From Amphiscolops sp. MND2022 (Eukaryota): a DNA stretch of 64,000 nt. The notes beneath the pieces are model-generated. The model was not told the origin of the DNA. It was given only the letters and a program-made list of their open reading frames with translations, and searched no databases. Position numbers and translations under genes: made by a program. This document shows, one piece after another, positions 37,951 through 51,099 of the stretch (positions within the stretch are counted from its first letter, which is position 1; every line of letters begins with the position of its first letter). The DNA is taken from assembly GCA_964187785.1 (NCBI GenBank), contig OZ076409.1:42534001-42598000 (forward strand). The letters run 5' to 3'.

Positions 37951-38999
37951 GGACCATGGTGGCCAGTTGGGCCATTTTAATGCAACCTGGTTGCTTTTGG
38001 TCGTTTTTTGACAGCTTTTTCCCGCAAAGTCCCGTTTTGGTCGCATATTTTACGAACATGATTTTGTTTGTTCCATCGTGTATTTATACTTTCAGCTCAT
38101 TGGTGTTCAACAGCATGCTTCGTTTATTGAACTTTTGCTTTGATATACATGATGCGTGATAGCTACAGGAGAACGCAGTATGGCAGAATGTGAAATGTGA
38201 AATGGATTGAAGCGTTGTAAATGTTTTGCGACGCCTTTTCAAACGGCGCTTTTCTAGAGAAAAGAGTCCACTTTAGTCATGGCATTTCGTCAGTGGTTTT
38301 TTGATTCTCAATTTTTTTCGATACACACCAAAACAGTTCTAACCAAAAAATTCTACATATTTTGAAGAAATCGCCAAAATTTTCCTGTTGGCGCAAGGAA
38401 CTGAACCAAAATGATTTTCCGTGTAACTTACATTACCGGTCACCTTTCAATTCGGCATTGCGAGATTTTTTTTCCAAAAAAAGTTTTCCCCCAAAGGGTC
38501 CTTTTCAAATTTTACGGAGTTTTGCGACAGAATTGATGTTGAAACATCTCAAAGGGAAACATCTCTCCCGCCTTTTCAGTTTCGTTTCGGCATTGTAAGA
38601 CACTTTTTCATTCTTTTCTCTCATTAAATGATCCCTAATTCACCAATATTATGACATTTTGAAGTCTGAAAAAACGTAAATTTTATGATTTTAATTTGGT
38701 TGCAATTTTGTTTGAAGAAACTGGCCACCCGGCCGTGGAAGTTTACATGATCCGAAGTCGCAGAGAAGCTTTTGAATGTTTACGCGAAGGTGGCTTCAAA
38801 GTGAGTGTTACTAAGTGAGACTTTATCAAGTCGGAAACAAATACCGGAACGTGTGGTCGCTTCCGAAGGTATCAAACCTGATTCTTGGGCTGTGTCTAAA
38901 CTGCGCGATTGGGAAGTATCCAGGAACAAACGGAACTGCGAAGTATGGCGCTGTCAAGTATCCGCCACAACAGCAATTTTTGTACGAACACCCATGCAT

Positions 39000-39600
39000 G
39001 ATTGTGACGCCTCAACTGTACCAGTATGAAGTTCTTTCCAAAGGTCATGATGCGAGTGGACATCAGGGTATTGCCCGGTTGTGGAACGGATCCAAGAACA
39101 ACACTCCCGGATTTGGTCCCTAATTTTTTCTCGTTGTTTGACGAAGCGGTGACTTGCATGCATGCAGGCTATGATCCTAAAACCAACTCCAGGTTGCTGC
39201 TGAAATGGTTTTCCAGATATGGCACTCCCACCCGCATGCAGTTAAGTTGAACAACGCACCCAAATAACGGCAGAGGTATCCAATGAGTTCATGAAGGCAT
39301 TGCAGGTCACAAAAATAAACTCCATAGCGGGTCACCCGCGCACACAAGGCCTTGCGGGGGGTGAACGACAAAAACGGACATTGGTCACCCTAGTAGGGGT
39401 ATTCCGCTGTCGTCGCATGAGAGCTTGGGACCAGCATTTGGATGAAGGCATGAGAGCGTGTAACTCAAAGCGCCCAATCACGACTTAGTTTTCATCTAAT
39501 ATGCTGACCCGAGGGCCCAAAAAAGCGATTCTTCTCATTTATCTTCATCCCAAGTTCACCCCCCAGATTGCTTGAATTGCATGGAGCATATGTGGGGCCG
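39000..39600 (+). pseudogene. Integrase remnant (HHCC part and core); its GPY/F-region tail resumes at ~41538-41800
   Basis: GHDASGHQGIAR, WFSRYGTP, HPRTQGL..ERQKRTL, WDQHLD...CNS; after the LINE, QQEIHVLIRGNTHQ and LMKYWHGQDKVV. Confidence 0.8.
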
Positions 39601-41537
39601 CCTTTTCCAAAAGATGCAAAACAGAAATAGTTTCTTTGAAGAATTCACTTGGGGATATCATAACTGACCAAAAGAAGATTGTAAATTTACTCAACTACCG
39701 CTTCGCAAAACTCGGTGAGTCATCGGATCAATACAAAAAACGTTTGTTGAAGAAATTGAAACGAGTCAAAGCGAACATGACATTCATATTTTAACCCATT
39801 ACCCTACTTACTTGCAAAACATTTGTTAAAGAATTGACATATAAAACCTTTTGGGTCCGTCAAATAACCCGACTTAGGCTCTGAAAGATTCCATTAGTGA
39901 GATAGCTGGGCCTCTCTGCTTTCTCATAAACGCATCTTTGAATGAAGATAAGTTTCCAAGTGAAATTAAACAAGCTCATGTTTGCCCAATCTTCAAGAAG
40001 GGTGACACTTAAGATCCAAACAACTATGGACCTATTTCTATTACAGCAACTTTATCCAAGGTTTCCGAAAAATTCATTCGTGAACAAATTCCCAACTATA
40101 TTGATAACAACAAACTGTTTTCCCAGGTACAATTTGGTTTCAGAAAAAAATATATCCACGACGGAAGCACTGGTTTTCACAACTGAAAAAAGAAGAACAG
40201 AAATTGATAACAATTACTCTGTGGCTGCAGCTTTTATGGATCTATCAAAAGCGTTCGTTTCTTTTTCACATGAAACACACTCTCTGAAAAAGCTGAAAAC
40301 ACTTCGTTTTGGCCTAAACGCAGTTTCATTGATAAAAAGTGTTTTCACACGACGGGCTCAAAGAGTAGTTTTGTCCACATCCAAAGCGGACTGGATTAAT
40401 TCATATCAAGGCGTCCCACAAGGTGCTGTTCTCGGCCCGTTGCTTTTCAACTTTTATGTCAATAGTATGCAGAACATAATGCCAGAAAGTTCAAATTTGG
40501 TGCAGTACGCTGATGATACGTTGGTCTTTGTTGCGGAAAGTTGTACCGATACCGGCATTACCAATCTTGAAAGAATTTTAGAAAAACTAATTGATTACTT
40601 CGTATCACATCGACTCAACATAAACGCCAAAAAAACAGAGTTTATTGTCTTCTGTAAACCATCAAAAACTTCTTCGATAAAAATTGTCCAGTTACAAGTT
40701 CACAGTCATTCTATCAAACAAAAAGAGTGTGTAAAATATCTTGTTGTGCAATTGGATCGGAACCTCAACTATCAGAACGAAGTGAAATACATTCAACGGA
40801 AAATGGCCTGCGGCATCAAAACAATTTACTGTGTTCGCGATTTTTTGCCAACGACAACCAGAATACTGTTTCTAAATGCCCTTGTCATCAGCCACTTACA
40901 TTACTCTTCTATACACTTGAGTGGCATTTCTCGCAGCCTCCTTTTGACACTGGAAAAATAACTAAATTGGGGAATCAAAGCATGCTTTAATAGATACAAA
41001 ATGGATTCAGCGCACGATCTTAAGGTACACTGTCGAATTTCATCGGTTCGTCATCTGCTGGACTTGAAATCTGTTTTATTTTTCTAGAAACGGAAATACA
41101 ATCTTTCGCCCGCTTTTTCACGGCTTCAGATCGATACTGCAAATCTGAAAACACATGAAACATTAAATTGAACATAATAGTTTGCCATTAGTGAGCAGCT
41201 GAAAAACAGCCGTTTCAAGAGAGTAGTACCATTGTGGAACGCGTTGCCTGAAAAACTGGAATTGGGAAATCAACCGTATGAAAATGTAAAGAAGAGGTTG
41301 AAAACGTTTTTTAATGAGAAATTTGTTTATGACATCGATAGACTTCAGTATAGTCAGAAATCTCTGAGTGAATATCGTTTTAAGTCGTCAAGTTTTAATG
41401 CTCAAAATTTGTTTTTATACAATATTTTGTGTTGTCCATTTTTATAATAATACGGTTTTACACTGCCCTCCATATATTTGTTTACAATTTAGATATTTTA
41501 TATGAAGGAATACAGTGTTTTCTTTTTTTCTCTCTCT
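39600..41537 (+). mobile_element. 5'-truncated LINE (CR1/L2-group) RT fragment inserted in the gypsy integrase
   Basis: PIFKKGD..NYGPIS, QFGFR, AFMDLSKAF, GVPQGAVLGPLLF and QYADDT; frameshifted; ends in a T/CT-rich tail. Confidence 0.9.
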
Positions 41538-42491
41538 GCAGCAAGAGATTCATGTTTTGATTCGTGGAAATACGCATCAGGTGCAACAACGTCAGACGCT
41601 GAAATTTGATCGCGTCATTGGTGCATTTGCATACAATGTAGGAGGCTCCGTTTGGATGTTCTGCTGCTTGGAACCTCAAAAGTGTTAGCCGAACTTGATG
41701 AAATATTGGCATGGGCAGGACAAAGTTGTCCGTACACTACAGGATGGAGTGTGTTTGTCCCGGACTCAGGGCAAAAATGGATTTCGAGCGGCCGAAATCT
41801 TATCATAGTGGACATACGGTGCTTGTTGCACTTCCCGCGGGAAGCTCGAGGTAGTCGTGGTAATGGAAACTGCGCCTAAGCACTCTGCTGAGAAGATCCT
41901 GGATGGCTGCTGGCAACGATCATTTCGCGAGGTGGAAGCAGCATTCGTATCTCTACCATCAAGGAAACGCCACTGGCTGGACAAGAGGTTCCACTACCGG
42001 CAGTTAGACTATTCTACGCTCGATCCAGAAGGTGCGTACTCTGAAGATTTGCTGCACAATGCACGAGACTATTCCTATGATAAACTTCTTGCACTACTCG
42101 AAAGTTCAATGCGTCGATATGAATAACCTCTGTGATCTGAGCTTGCCAATGACGTTCAGGTGCCATTGTTCTCTGAACAGGACGTAATCCCGCAGGTACT
42201 TTAATCATATTCCCATTGCAACATCAGAAGCTGAAAAATTACTAGCGGGTACATCTGCTTCTCTTTTGACAAGCCCTTCTTTGATGGATGTGCCAAACAC
42301 TATTCCTAAAACACCGAAATGCAGCTCAAACCTCCAAGCTGCTGGATCCCAGAACACTGGAGTATCAAGCATCAACGAGCTAGCAGCTCAGAACTACGTT
42401 CCCGGCATACGTCACAGGGACAGGCCGCGAGCTGCTCTAACTCGTTGCTGGATATGAGCAACACTTTTTCCTAGTATCAGGACACGCGCTC

Positions 42492-43830
42492 ATGCGCGCA
42501 AAAGGTCGCAGCGGAAATCCTCGAGGACGCCCTCATCGGCGGCCCAGAGGACACTTTACCATTTCTTTACAGCACGTGAAATCGACACACAGCCTTCGAT
42601 TACTTTGGAATCTGATTCTGATTGGCCCAGCTGTACTTCCGAAAGCTCCTATGAATCCAAAGCCTCAACCTCTCATCCACACTGCTAAACATCTCGTAGT
42701 CATCCGTGCAGAGAAGACATATATCGGACTCGAAAGAGAAAGGATCTTCACCGTAGACGTCATTGCGGAAAAGATATCAAAGTCCAAGATTGCTGAAGAT
42801 CCTTGTCCTCAATTCAAGGAAAGAACGAGCAGCAATCTCCGAGGATTGGAATTCACTTTTGTCGTCACAGTGCCTCATGTTACTCCTAGCATTGTATTTG
42901 GACCTTTTTTATACTGAGAGGGAAACCATCCAAATGGTCCTCGGCATCACAGTTGACCGCCTATCTGACAAGGACGGCATCACACTACGGCCTGGTGAAG
43001 TGTATCGCCCAGCCCAATTTTGGTGGTTACTGTTAACGGCCTAACATACTCACTGACAGCCTGCGCAGTATTAGCGGACTGTGGCTACTGTTTCCAGGTC
43101 ATTGACATTTACCGTTGAAAAGTCCAATAAAACTTTTTTCGCCAATTTTTCTCGTCTCAGTTTTTTGAATGATTGGACCCATTCCTTCGACGAAGCTGTA
43201 ACGACCCACACTGCACTTGATAACCTGGAAGCATTGATCAAGAGCAAATATGCATAATCACTCCCTTTCAAGGTCCGTATGGCTGGATCTGGCTGCTATT
43301 CGAAGACGGAACCTTATCTACCCGACTGGAGAAAAAGGACCCGGACGTCAAATTGTGTTTTCTGATGCCTCACGACCTAACTTGTTCGATTATATTGTAT
43401 ACGACTAAACTGGCATCTTGCATGTGCAGGGCTATGCAATTTTCGGTCCTGAAGGCTTTAATACTAAGTCTCCTGCCTTGCGCTGCATTCTTCCCGAGTG
43501 TGACGACAAAATATTCAAATTTCGCCCAAAAGTCCCAACTATTACAACACGAACATCTTTCTTGAACAATCAAGTAGGTCATCCACCTACTGATAACACG
43601 ACCTCCCAGCGTACTCCCCAAAATATTGAAGATTTCTTCCTATGCTTGAAGCCTTCGAGAGCATGATTGTTGTCAAACGAAACCTTGATTTTCATTTTTC
43701 CATAGTAGACGCTGAGCACCCACTTTGCAGCTTGCAAATTTCTACTATAGTGTGATGAATGTTTTTGCAGGAACTGCTATCACAGTGTTTCTGCATGATC
43801 GCGTCTATGTCGCAATTGACAGTATTGGAC
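42492..43830 (+). pseudogene. Decayed homolog of cargo ORF1 (AT-hook plus tandem macrodomains)
   Basis: PRGRP; VIRAEKTY..DPCPQFKE..GLEFT..IVFGP; IQMVLGITVDRLSDKDG..PGEVYRPAQFWWLLLTA; TKSPALRCILPEC..FKFRPKV are colinear with ORF1. Confidence 0.9.
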
Positions 43831-44059
43831 AATTTCTTGGCATCACCTTATTTCATTGTTTCATTTTTGGTTGACGAATTTTAACAAAACGTGCCCGACT
43901 TTTACAGTGGCATGTTTTTTTTTGTCTTTTTTTTCGTCAGACAATAGAATGTATGCGTAGGGGACACTTTTCACAGAACTATTTAACTACTGGACCGGCA
44001 AACGGAAAAGTTAGTGCAAAGGGTCCCCCTTTCATTTACTCCCTTTTTAACGTAAGATG

Positions 44060-44414
44060 CAAAACCGGACGAGACTATAGGGTCCCTTTGTGAATTTTTT
44101 TTCGGCACTGTGCAACGATATTTTTTGTCGCTAAAGGTCCGCCTTCAAGTTTTTTCATATTTTGCAGCAAACGCAATTTTCAAAAGGCCCAAAGAGTCTC
44201 CCCTTTCAAGTTTTTCGGCACTTTGAGACTGTTTCAAAATTCTCATTTTTCATTTCCTTAAAAAAATGTCTCCAAAGGTTCGCCTTAACATTTTCGATAT
44301 TTTGCAACAAACTGGATTTTCAAAAACCCGAAAGGGTTCCCCTTCCACAATTTTAAAAACTTTGCGCTTTGTGAGCCTCAGATGTAGCGCCGACTTTTGT
44401 CGTTCCCGACTTGT
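44060..44414 (+). mobile_element. HINE-like copy
   Basis: 3' terminus gatgtagcgccgacttttgtcgttcccgacttgt and internal gggtcccc/ttttcggcactgtg motifs. Confidence 0.6.
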
Positions 44415-46670
44415 TTTGTTTGATACGTCTCTCATGCTTCTGCTATCGGATGAGGATGCCTATCGAGTTTACTTGAATTATCTGACGTTCAATTTCACTC
44501 TTATAACCAAGAACTTTGTATTTGATGCCTCGGTGGGTATGAAACGCAGTCATCTGCCCTTTTGTTTTGGCTTCGATTCATTTGAAAGATATTTTCTGAA
44601 GTTATAGTCTTAATTAAAGCAACATTTTCAGTTAACTTTGAATCCTTCCCCATTTTTGATTTTGCTGACAAGGTACTTCATGTACAACTTTGAAAAACAA
44701 CAGTCCCTCGAATGAAAATTTTGTCCCATCTTTAAAAGCATTACATCTTAACCGAATACTTGAAATGAAGTCGTTGTTTCCAAAAAAGCAAGACAGATGT
44801 TATCTCGAAGTTTCCCTTCAAAGTTCTCGATAGTTTCCGTAGGTAAGTCAGTTGACAGCTGATTCCACAATGTTTTACGCAACGCCTCGCTTAATTTTTT
44901 TTCTTTCAAAAACAGATGTAGCAAAGAAAATATCCCCTATCTTTTGTTGAGGTTATGATGACATGATCTCAAACCAATCCACCAAAAATAAAGACAGCAA
45001 TCATTTTTGCTGCATTTGAAAACATGATTTTTCCACTCCTTTAGTATGTTCACAATGTTGGAGAGTGACACTTCTGGAACTGTTGAGTGACCTCTAACAT
45101 TAACCTCTAAGTTTTTAGATTTTAAAGTTAAATATTTGATCGATTCATTCATTTCAAAAGTCCGCGTTCTTTGTTGTCCAATGACGTCTAAGTATCTTTC
45201 GACTTGTTAGAATGATCAATCCCACTTTCTGGTCATTCGTCTTAATAAAAGAGCTAGCATTCGGTGTTCTATCATTCAATCACAAGATGACACGCACACC
45301 CGTTGAGGTTATTTCCTGAACATCCCAGTTTTGTAGAGATTAAAAAGTGGGCGATTATCATACTTGCTGATCAAATTTCCTGTCATTTCGCTCCACGGAT
45401 ATTTCCATGGGGACCTCAGTAATTTCGTCGCCAACAGTTGTCCCTGTATCATCATCAGCAGGTAGACCTAATAAGCTTTGCGTGAATAAATTCAGGCTGT
45501 ACACTAATACCTGTCTCGAGAATCGGCGCAATTTAATGCTTTTATGTCCATCTGAGACATAATCACGTGATCACATCGATGTACATCAATGTAGCATTGC
45601 AGTCTGCCAGCACAGGTTGCCTGTTTTTGCCTGTTTCTGCCAGATTCCGCCTGCTTTCTATCGTTTTCCAGATGATATAGAGCTGTGCATCTTGTTTACA
45701 GTTGGCAGATCTCCCAATGAATATTTCATCGCCGCTCAATTTTCTTCCGAACAATTGATTTGCTTTTCCTTATTCTTCCATTTTTCAGCAGATGCGAAAG
45801 GAAAAATAAAATTGTATTATGATGATTCGCTGAGTAATTAAACATTTTCACCATTGAGTGTTTGATCCAACTGCAAGTTGGTAAGCTTTTCAATATTCAA
45901 ACTTACTTATACCAACTGTCCTAATCGATACTGATCACGCATTGAAGAATTGATACGCCACTTTGAAAAACTCAACTGACATTTTGATTCCATTGTTTGG
46001 ATTGTTTGAATAGAAATTACACTTCATTCCTTTTACAGTTTTTGTGGAAGTTAACAAAGAATTCGAACAGTCTAACACCGGCATTCAGTAAGTTTTTCTA
46101 CTTTCATGACATCAAAACGTTAGTTCATCATATGAAAAGTTACTTTTAATGCTGTAAAATGAACGAAAAATCTGTAAAGTGTACATTTTTCAGAACTATT
46201 TTCAGCAAATACAAAGTGTCCACGGCAGTTTCTTAAATCATTCATGTGACACCTTTTTTCGTCATCTGGATCACCGCTAATTTTTCCTCCAAGGACAGCA
46301 TTTTTGGAAAATGGAATTTTTTATCATCTCAAATTTGACTACACTGAAATTACATTTTTGGATCTATCGAATTAAACTGTACGGTACTTGAATAAAACGT
46401 ATCATTAATCATACAATTTTCAATATCAGTTTTTTGTTTCTGGGATTTTTTGAAGAGCATTCGTAGGGAGTAAAAACCCAAAAAATCTGGATTATAATTA
46501 TTTGTTTATAACTTACTGGTCTAACACGTATTGCCTAAAACCTCGAAAAGCTTAAACTCTTTCAATTTTCAAAATCAGTTAGAGAGTGTCAAATCAAACA
46601 AAAGGAAATATTTTGTGCTTTTTTTCAAAGTTTTGATACCTTGAAAGACCTTTTGATAAGTTGGAAAATA

Positions 46671-48000
46671 ACAAGCCTGGAACGGCCCATGTCGGCGCCA
46701 TATCTAAGGCTCAAAAATAGCAAAAGGACTTCAAAGTGTTAAAGTATTCTCTTCTAAAGGACCCCAAAAACCCAAATGTTGGACCGGATTGGCGTGCCAG
46801 GGGAACGCTTTGACATTTTTTATCCCTTCTGTCACAAATCATCAAAAAAATTGAAGGGGGACCCTTTAATGAAAAAAAAATGAAAAAAAGTCTCACAATT
46901 CCGAGAAAAAACTGAAAGGGGGACCTTTTGGTCTTTTTTAACTATCTGCAGCAAAACTCTAGAAAAAACGAAGGCGAAACCTTTGCGGAAAGTTTTTTGT
47001 CTGAAAGAAGTCGCACTATGTCGAAATAATGAAAAAAATGAGAAAAAATTTAACGGAAATTTTTCTCGAATTTTTTTTTGAAGTATCCGGTAAGTTGCAT
47101 AGTGCCAAAAATGTAAAAGGGGGACCCTTTGGGATTTTTCGAACGTCCATTCTGTTGCAAAAAATCTAAAAAAATTGAAGGGAGGACCCTTTGGAGACAT
47201 TAAAGAAATTTGCGAAAAAAGTCTCACAAAGCCGAAATTACATGCACAAAAAATTTGGTCCAGGGTGAGGCTCGAACCCAGGTCTTTCTGCTTGGCAGAC
47301 ATCAAAAACTATCCTAATTACCCTCCATGCTAAATAGGGTAATATCCTAAATACCCTCCTATCCTAAATACCCTCCATGTAGAAGTTACACGTGTGGCAG
47401 TTAGTGGACGCAGCGTATAAAGCTTATGAAATCTGTCACTTCGTTGGTCTTAAAAAAAACAAGCCGGGAACGGCCCAAGTCGGCGCCATATCTAAGGCTC
47501 AAAAATAGCAAAAGGACTTCAAAGTGTCAAGTATTCTCTTCTACAGTACCCGCGTGAGGAAAAAATTGAAAAAAAAATCCGATTTTTTTTCGAATTTATT
47601 TTTTAGCCTCCGGTAAGCCGCATAGTGGCGAAAAATGTAAAAGAGGACCCTTTGGGAGTTTTTGAACATCCATTCTTTTGCAAAACAGTAAAAAACCGAA
47701 AAAAAACCTGCACAAAAAATTTTTTGGTCAAGGGCGGGACTTGCACCACGTCCTTCTGCTTGGCAGACCTCAAAAAAGCCGTAACCTCTATGTCAAGTGC
47801 CAGTATGAATAGTGTGGCATAGCTTGGTGTTAGTGCAAGTCAGCTTATAAAGCTTGTAAAATCTGTCCGTTCGTTGGACTTGAAAAAAAAGAAAAAAAAG
47901 TCACTACTATAGTCTGCGTTTTTCTACGAAAAGCGCCTACTAAAAAGAAAAGAAAAGTCACTGCTATAGTCTGCGTTTTCTACGAAAAGCGCCGACTAAA
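46671..48000 (-). mobile_element. Two head-to-tail HINE-like copies (46671-47458, 47459-48000); terminal ~57 bp duplicated
   Basis: acaagcc(t/g)ggaacggccca.gtcggcgccatatctaaggctc at 46671 and 47459; subTIR gcgccgact ending at 47997. Confidence 0.8.
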
Positions 48001-48199
48001 AATATCAAAGGCTCCCATAAACTACGAAAACATAAATTTTTGTCTTGTCTAGTTTCGTGAGTAAAATCTAAAGTACCTAACTAAACGTAAAATAGTCTTA
48101 GAATAAAATTTACTTATTCAGTTCAATGTAGAAAATAATGATCTAAGCTTCCATGAACACGTTCGATTTTCTTCATTACAAGATCGAGCCGAAATTGTT

Positions 48200-49300
48200 A
48201 CCACAAGTTTGATACTTTTAGTAGAAGGATCTTTGAAAAGGTCAGCAATATTGCAGATGTGCAATCGTTCAAGGGAAAATTTGATTGTCGAACGATGCCC
48301 AAAAAGATGCTCAATATTTTACAAACTTTCATCACAGAGAAAGCAAAGAGGATTTGGCTTCACGCCTTTGTCCCGTCGTAGTACTTCTTTATCTGACACA
48401 ATTGAAGACAAGATTGCGTTTTTTCTCAAATGCAGTGAAAATGAAAAACGTTTCTTCTCAAATGCAGAGAGTATTTTATCTGGCTAAATAGGTTTCGAAA
48501 GCGATTAAAACTCGGTGGTGTTCAATTGAGTTTCATCACAAGCCGTAGCCAAGCTACTGTTCCATTTAAGACATTTGCTGATGATTCCTGACACAAAAGG
48601 TAAAGCTCTTTGGATGAATATTTTTTGCTCAAAACGACTTGTAAAGCAATGGAATTCATCAGGCTAATAGTGTCATTTTCAGTTCCGCTGTTCGTCATTC
48701 TAACTAGTTTCGTGAAACAAAGGATTGAGTATTTTGATCAGAGAAAAACAAGCCGCGTAGCTCGAAATTTTTTGCTGCCAAAGAAAGACAGGGGAGACTT
48801 CGTAGAGTTTGTCTCGTTTCATAAAAGGACATACAAATTCATTTAGCCTAGAGTGGGACGCTTTTGATGGCATCAACAGTTAAGGCTGAATTTAGTAAAG
48901 CCCTTATAACAAGCTGGTACCGTAATGACAAGAATTTCGGAAAAGCCTCAAAGAATATGATTTGATTGATTAGAACTGGTCCTATCCACCAAAACACTCA
49001 TTTTAATAGATAAAAGTCCCGTGGTGTAGTCCTGCGTTCTACGATGCACTCAGGTAGATCGCAGTCTGAAATTACCAGGCATTTTGCCTTCCAAAATCAC
49101 CTCTAGCAACATAGAACAGTAAAAAGTTTAGGGAATATTGGAAAGTGTCAATTTCGTGTGAACAATTCAAATCAATTCGAATTGGTGATCACCAAATTGA
49201 AGCTTGTAGCTCTAGAGCTCCGTGCTGAACATCTGTATTTGGAAGGACGCTGATGGACAAAGTTTCGCGAAGAAGAATCAATAAAACAACACTGCAAAAG
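48200..49300 (+). pseudogene. Possible hAT transposase remnant
   Basis: IKTRWCS (TRWxS-like) near 48505 and VSISCEQF (SxxCERxFS-like) near 49145; heavily interrupted. Confidence 0.35.
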
Positions 49301-50547
49301 ATGATGCAATGTTCCTCGGATTTTTTTGAAAATACGCTACAAATGGCGTTGCAGATTGCGAGCTGGAACATCTAGCTTCGAAAATAGAAAACAATTGCTA
49401 CAGTCTATAGGTTTCACTACACCGAAGCTGCATCATTGGCCAATAAAAACGACTTTTAAAAAATTTTCAGATACTATGCCCACTTCAAAGGTTTTTTGTC
49501 ATTCGTGAGACTTGAACCCAACAATTTTATGACAAAATGTGATGAAAACTATTATAGAACATTTGATAACTTTAAAATGTGTTGAAGCTGACGTTTGTCA
49601 GGTGCTGCCTAATTTACAGTTACGCACTTCTCCCTTTCGTTAGTATCGTCGTCCAATGTATTCCGAAAAGGTCCATTTTGAACGATTGCCAAAAAAGGAA
49701 TTTTTTCAGTACCTTGTTTACATGGTTCACTTGGCAAGCATAGTTTGTTTATCTATTTGATAGATAGATTCAAGACGTTTTTTAAGCACTAAACTTGAAT
49801 TTGTGTTACAGTAGTAATTAATCTAAGACGCATTTGAAAAATTAAAGGGTGGGCGAAATGAATTAGGGGTAAAATGAACGTGGGATAAAATGATAGTGAA
49901 CTTTAATTTACAACGTATGAGCTACATCAGAAGGGTGTATCTATATGTTTATTTTGAAAAGATGAAAAAGCATAAGCAAGACACAAAAAAAACAAGAGAA
50001 ACGCGCTATACCCGATATGTTAAATTAGCATTATTACACGTAAAACACAAAGCTTTATACACGTAATATACGGAAACGTTAGAGTTCAATGAAAAACGTT
50101 TGATCCTGGATTCGAACCCCCATATTCCGATTTCTAGAGGAAACACTTTAGTCACAAGGCTCTCAACCCTTAAATCAGAGACTTTCCAGTAAGGAGCGAA
50201 AAGCCGCCCTTTTTCATTATCAGAAATAGTGTGATGGTACCAATAATTTACCATTTTCAGTTTTTGATACCTGCTCAAAGTATCGAACAGCATCTAGCTA
50301 AACTGTTACACCGATTCTTACTTAGAATTTCTGGTGGAAAGTTTGCCTTGTCGATGTGTATCGATCATATGTAGAACGGCCAATGGACGTTTCGGCCATT
50401 ATTTTCAGAAGAATCAGCTGTACTGGGTGTCAAATCTGATTTCATAGTCCAAATGAAAAGTTGTGTCTTCGTAATCGAACGACGAAAAACAAAAGTTCAC
50501 AGCATGAAAATTTGAACGCTCCAAAAACCTAAACTGTTCCTCAAAAA

Positions 50548-51097
50548 AACGAGACGGGAACGTCTAATTTCGGTGCCCACTTGCGGCTGAAGAACTCGGT
50601 AAAATGCTCAATGTGGCTTTTGGGAACTTTCATTACTTCCAGAGTGGCAAAAATACCCTAAGGCGCGACCTGGAGCCTCAAAAAACGCTTTTCGTTTAAC
50701 ATCAAAAGTAACCAATTTTTCGAGTTCAAAACGTTGCCACTGCTAGAAGAACTCAAAGATAGAATCCTTAAGGCTTCAATAACGCATTTTTCGGAGTTTT
50801 GAATCGAGAAAAACTGAAGGGGGAACCTTTGGTGACTAAAAAATTTTGAAAAAAGCACAGTGGCATGAGAAACCCAAAGTGCGGCTTTTTCACACGTCAA
50901 CGGTTTGCAAACAACGATATTCAGTTCTGGACAGGCATTAAATTGACAGCCATCTGCTTGTGAAGCGCCCAACCTAACTTCCTGGCGGCGTGAACAAATA
51001 TTGTGTATGAAAATGGACCATTCCGATATCTTCAGTAGTCTTACGAAAAAAAGGTAGTCAATGTAGTAGTGTCACTATTCTTATAAAATGCACCAAA
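50548..51097 (-). mobile_element. Diverged HINE-like copy
   Basis: acgagacgggaacgtctaatttcggtgccc resembles the HINE terminus; gaagggggaaccttt and tacgaaaa...gtcactatt motifs follow. Confidence 0.45.
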
Positions 51098-51099
51098 TG

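Larger units (their letters stand above)
32128..43830 (+). mobile_element. Decayed gag-pol-containing Ty3/gypsy element related to the 3698-15033 element (5' LTR start not resolved, no 3' LTR seen)
   Basis: LTR end cagcttgccgttaca (32142), spacer and PBS-like tgtgactacagagggat; gag knuckle remnant ~35300; protease-like region ~36400; RT and integrase remnants; ORF1 homolog at 42.5-43.8 kb. Confidence 0.8.

Noticed and set aside
44937..45760. Possible integrase-like remnant (ERGLLK*MNESIK)
   Set aside because: Too degenerate; no DDE residues could be aligned.
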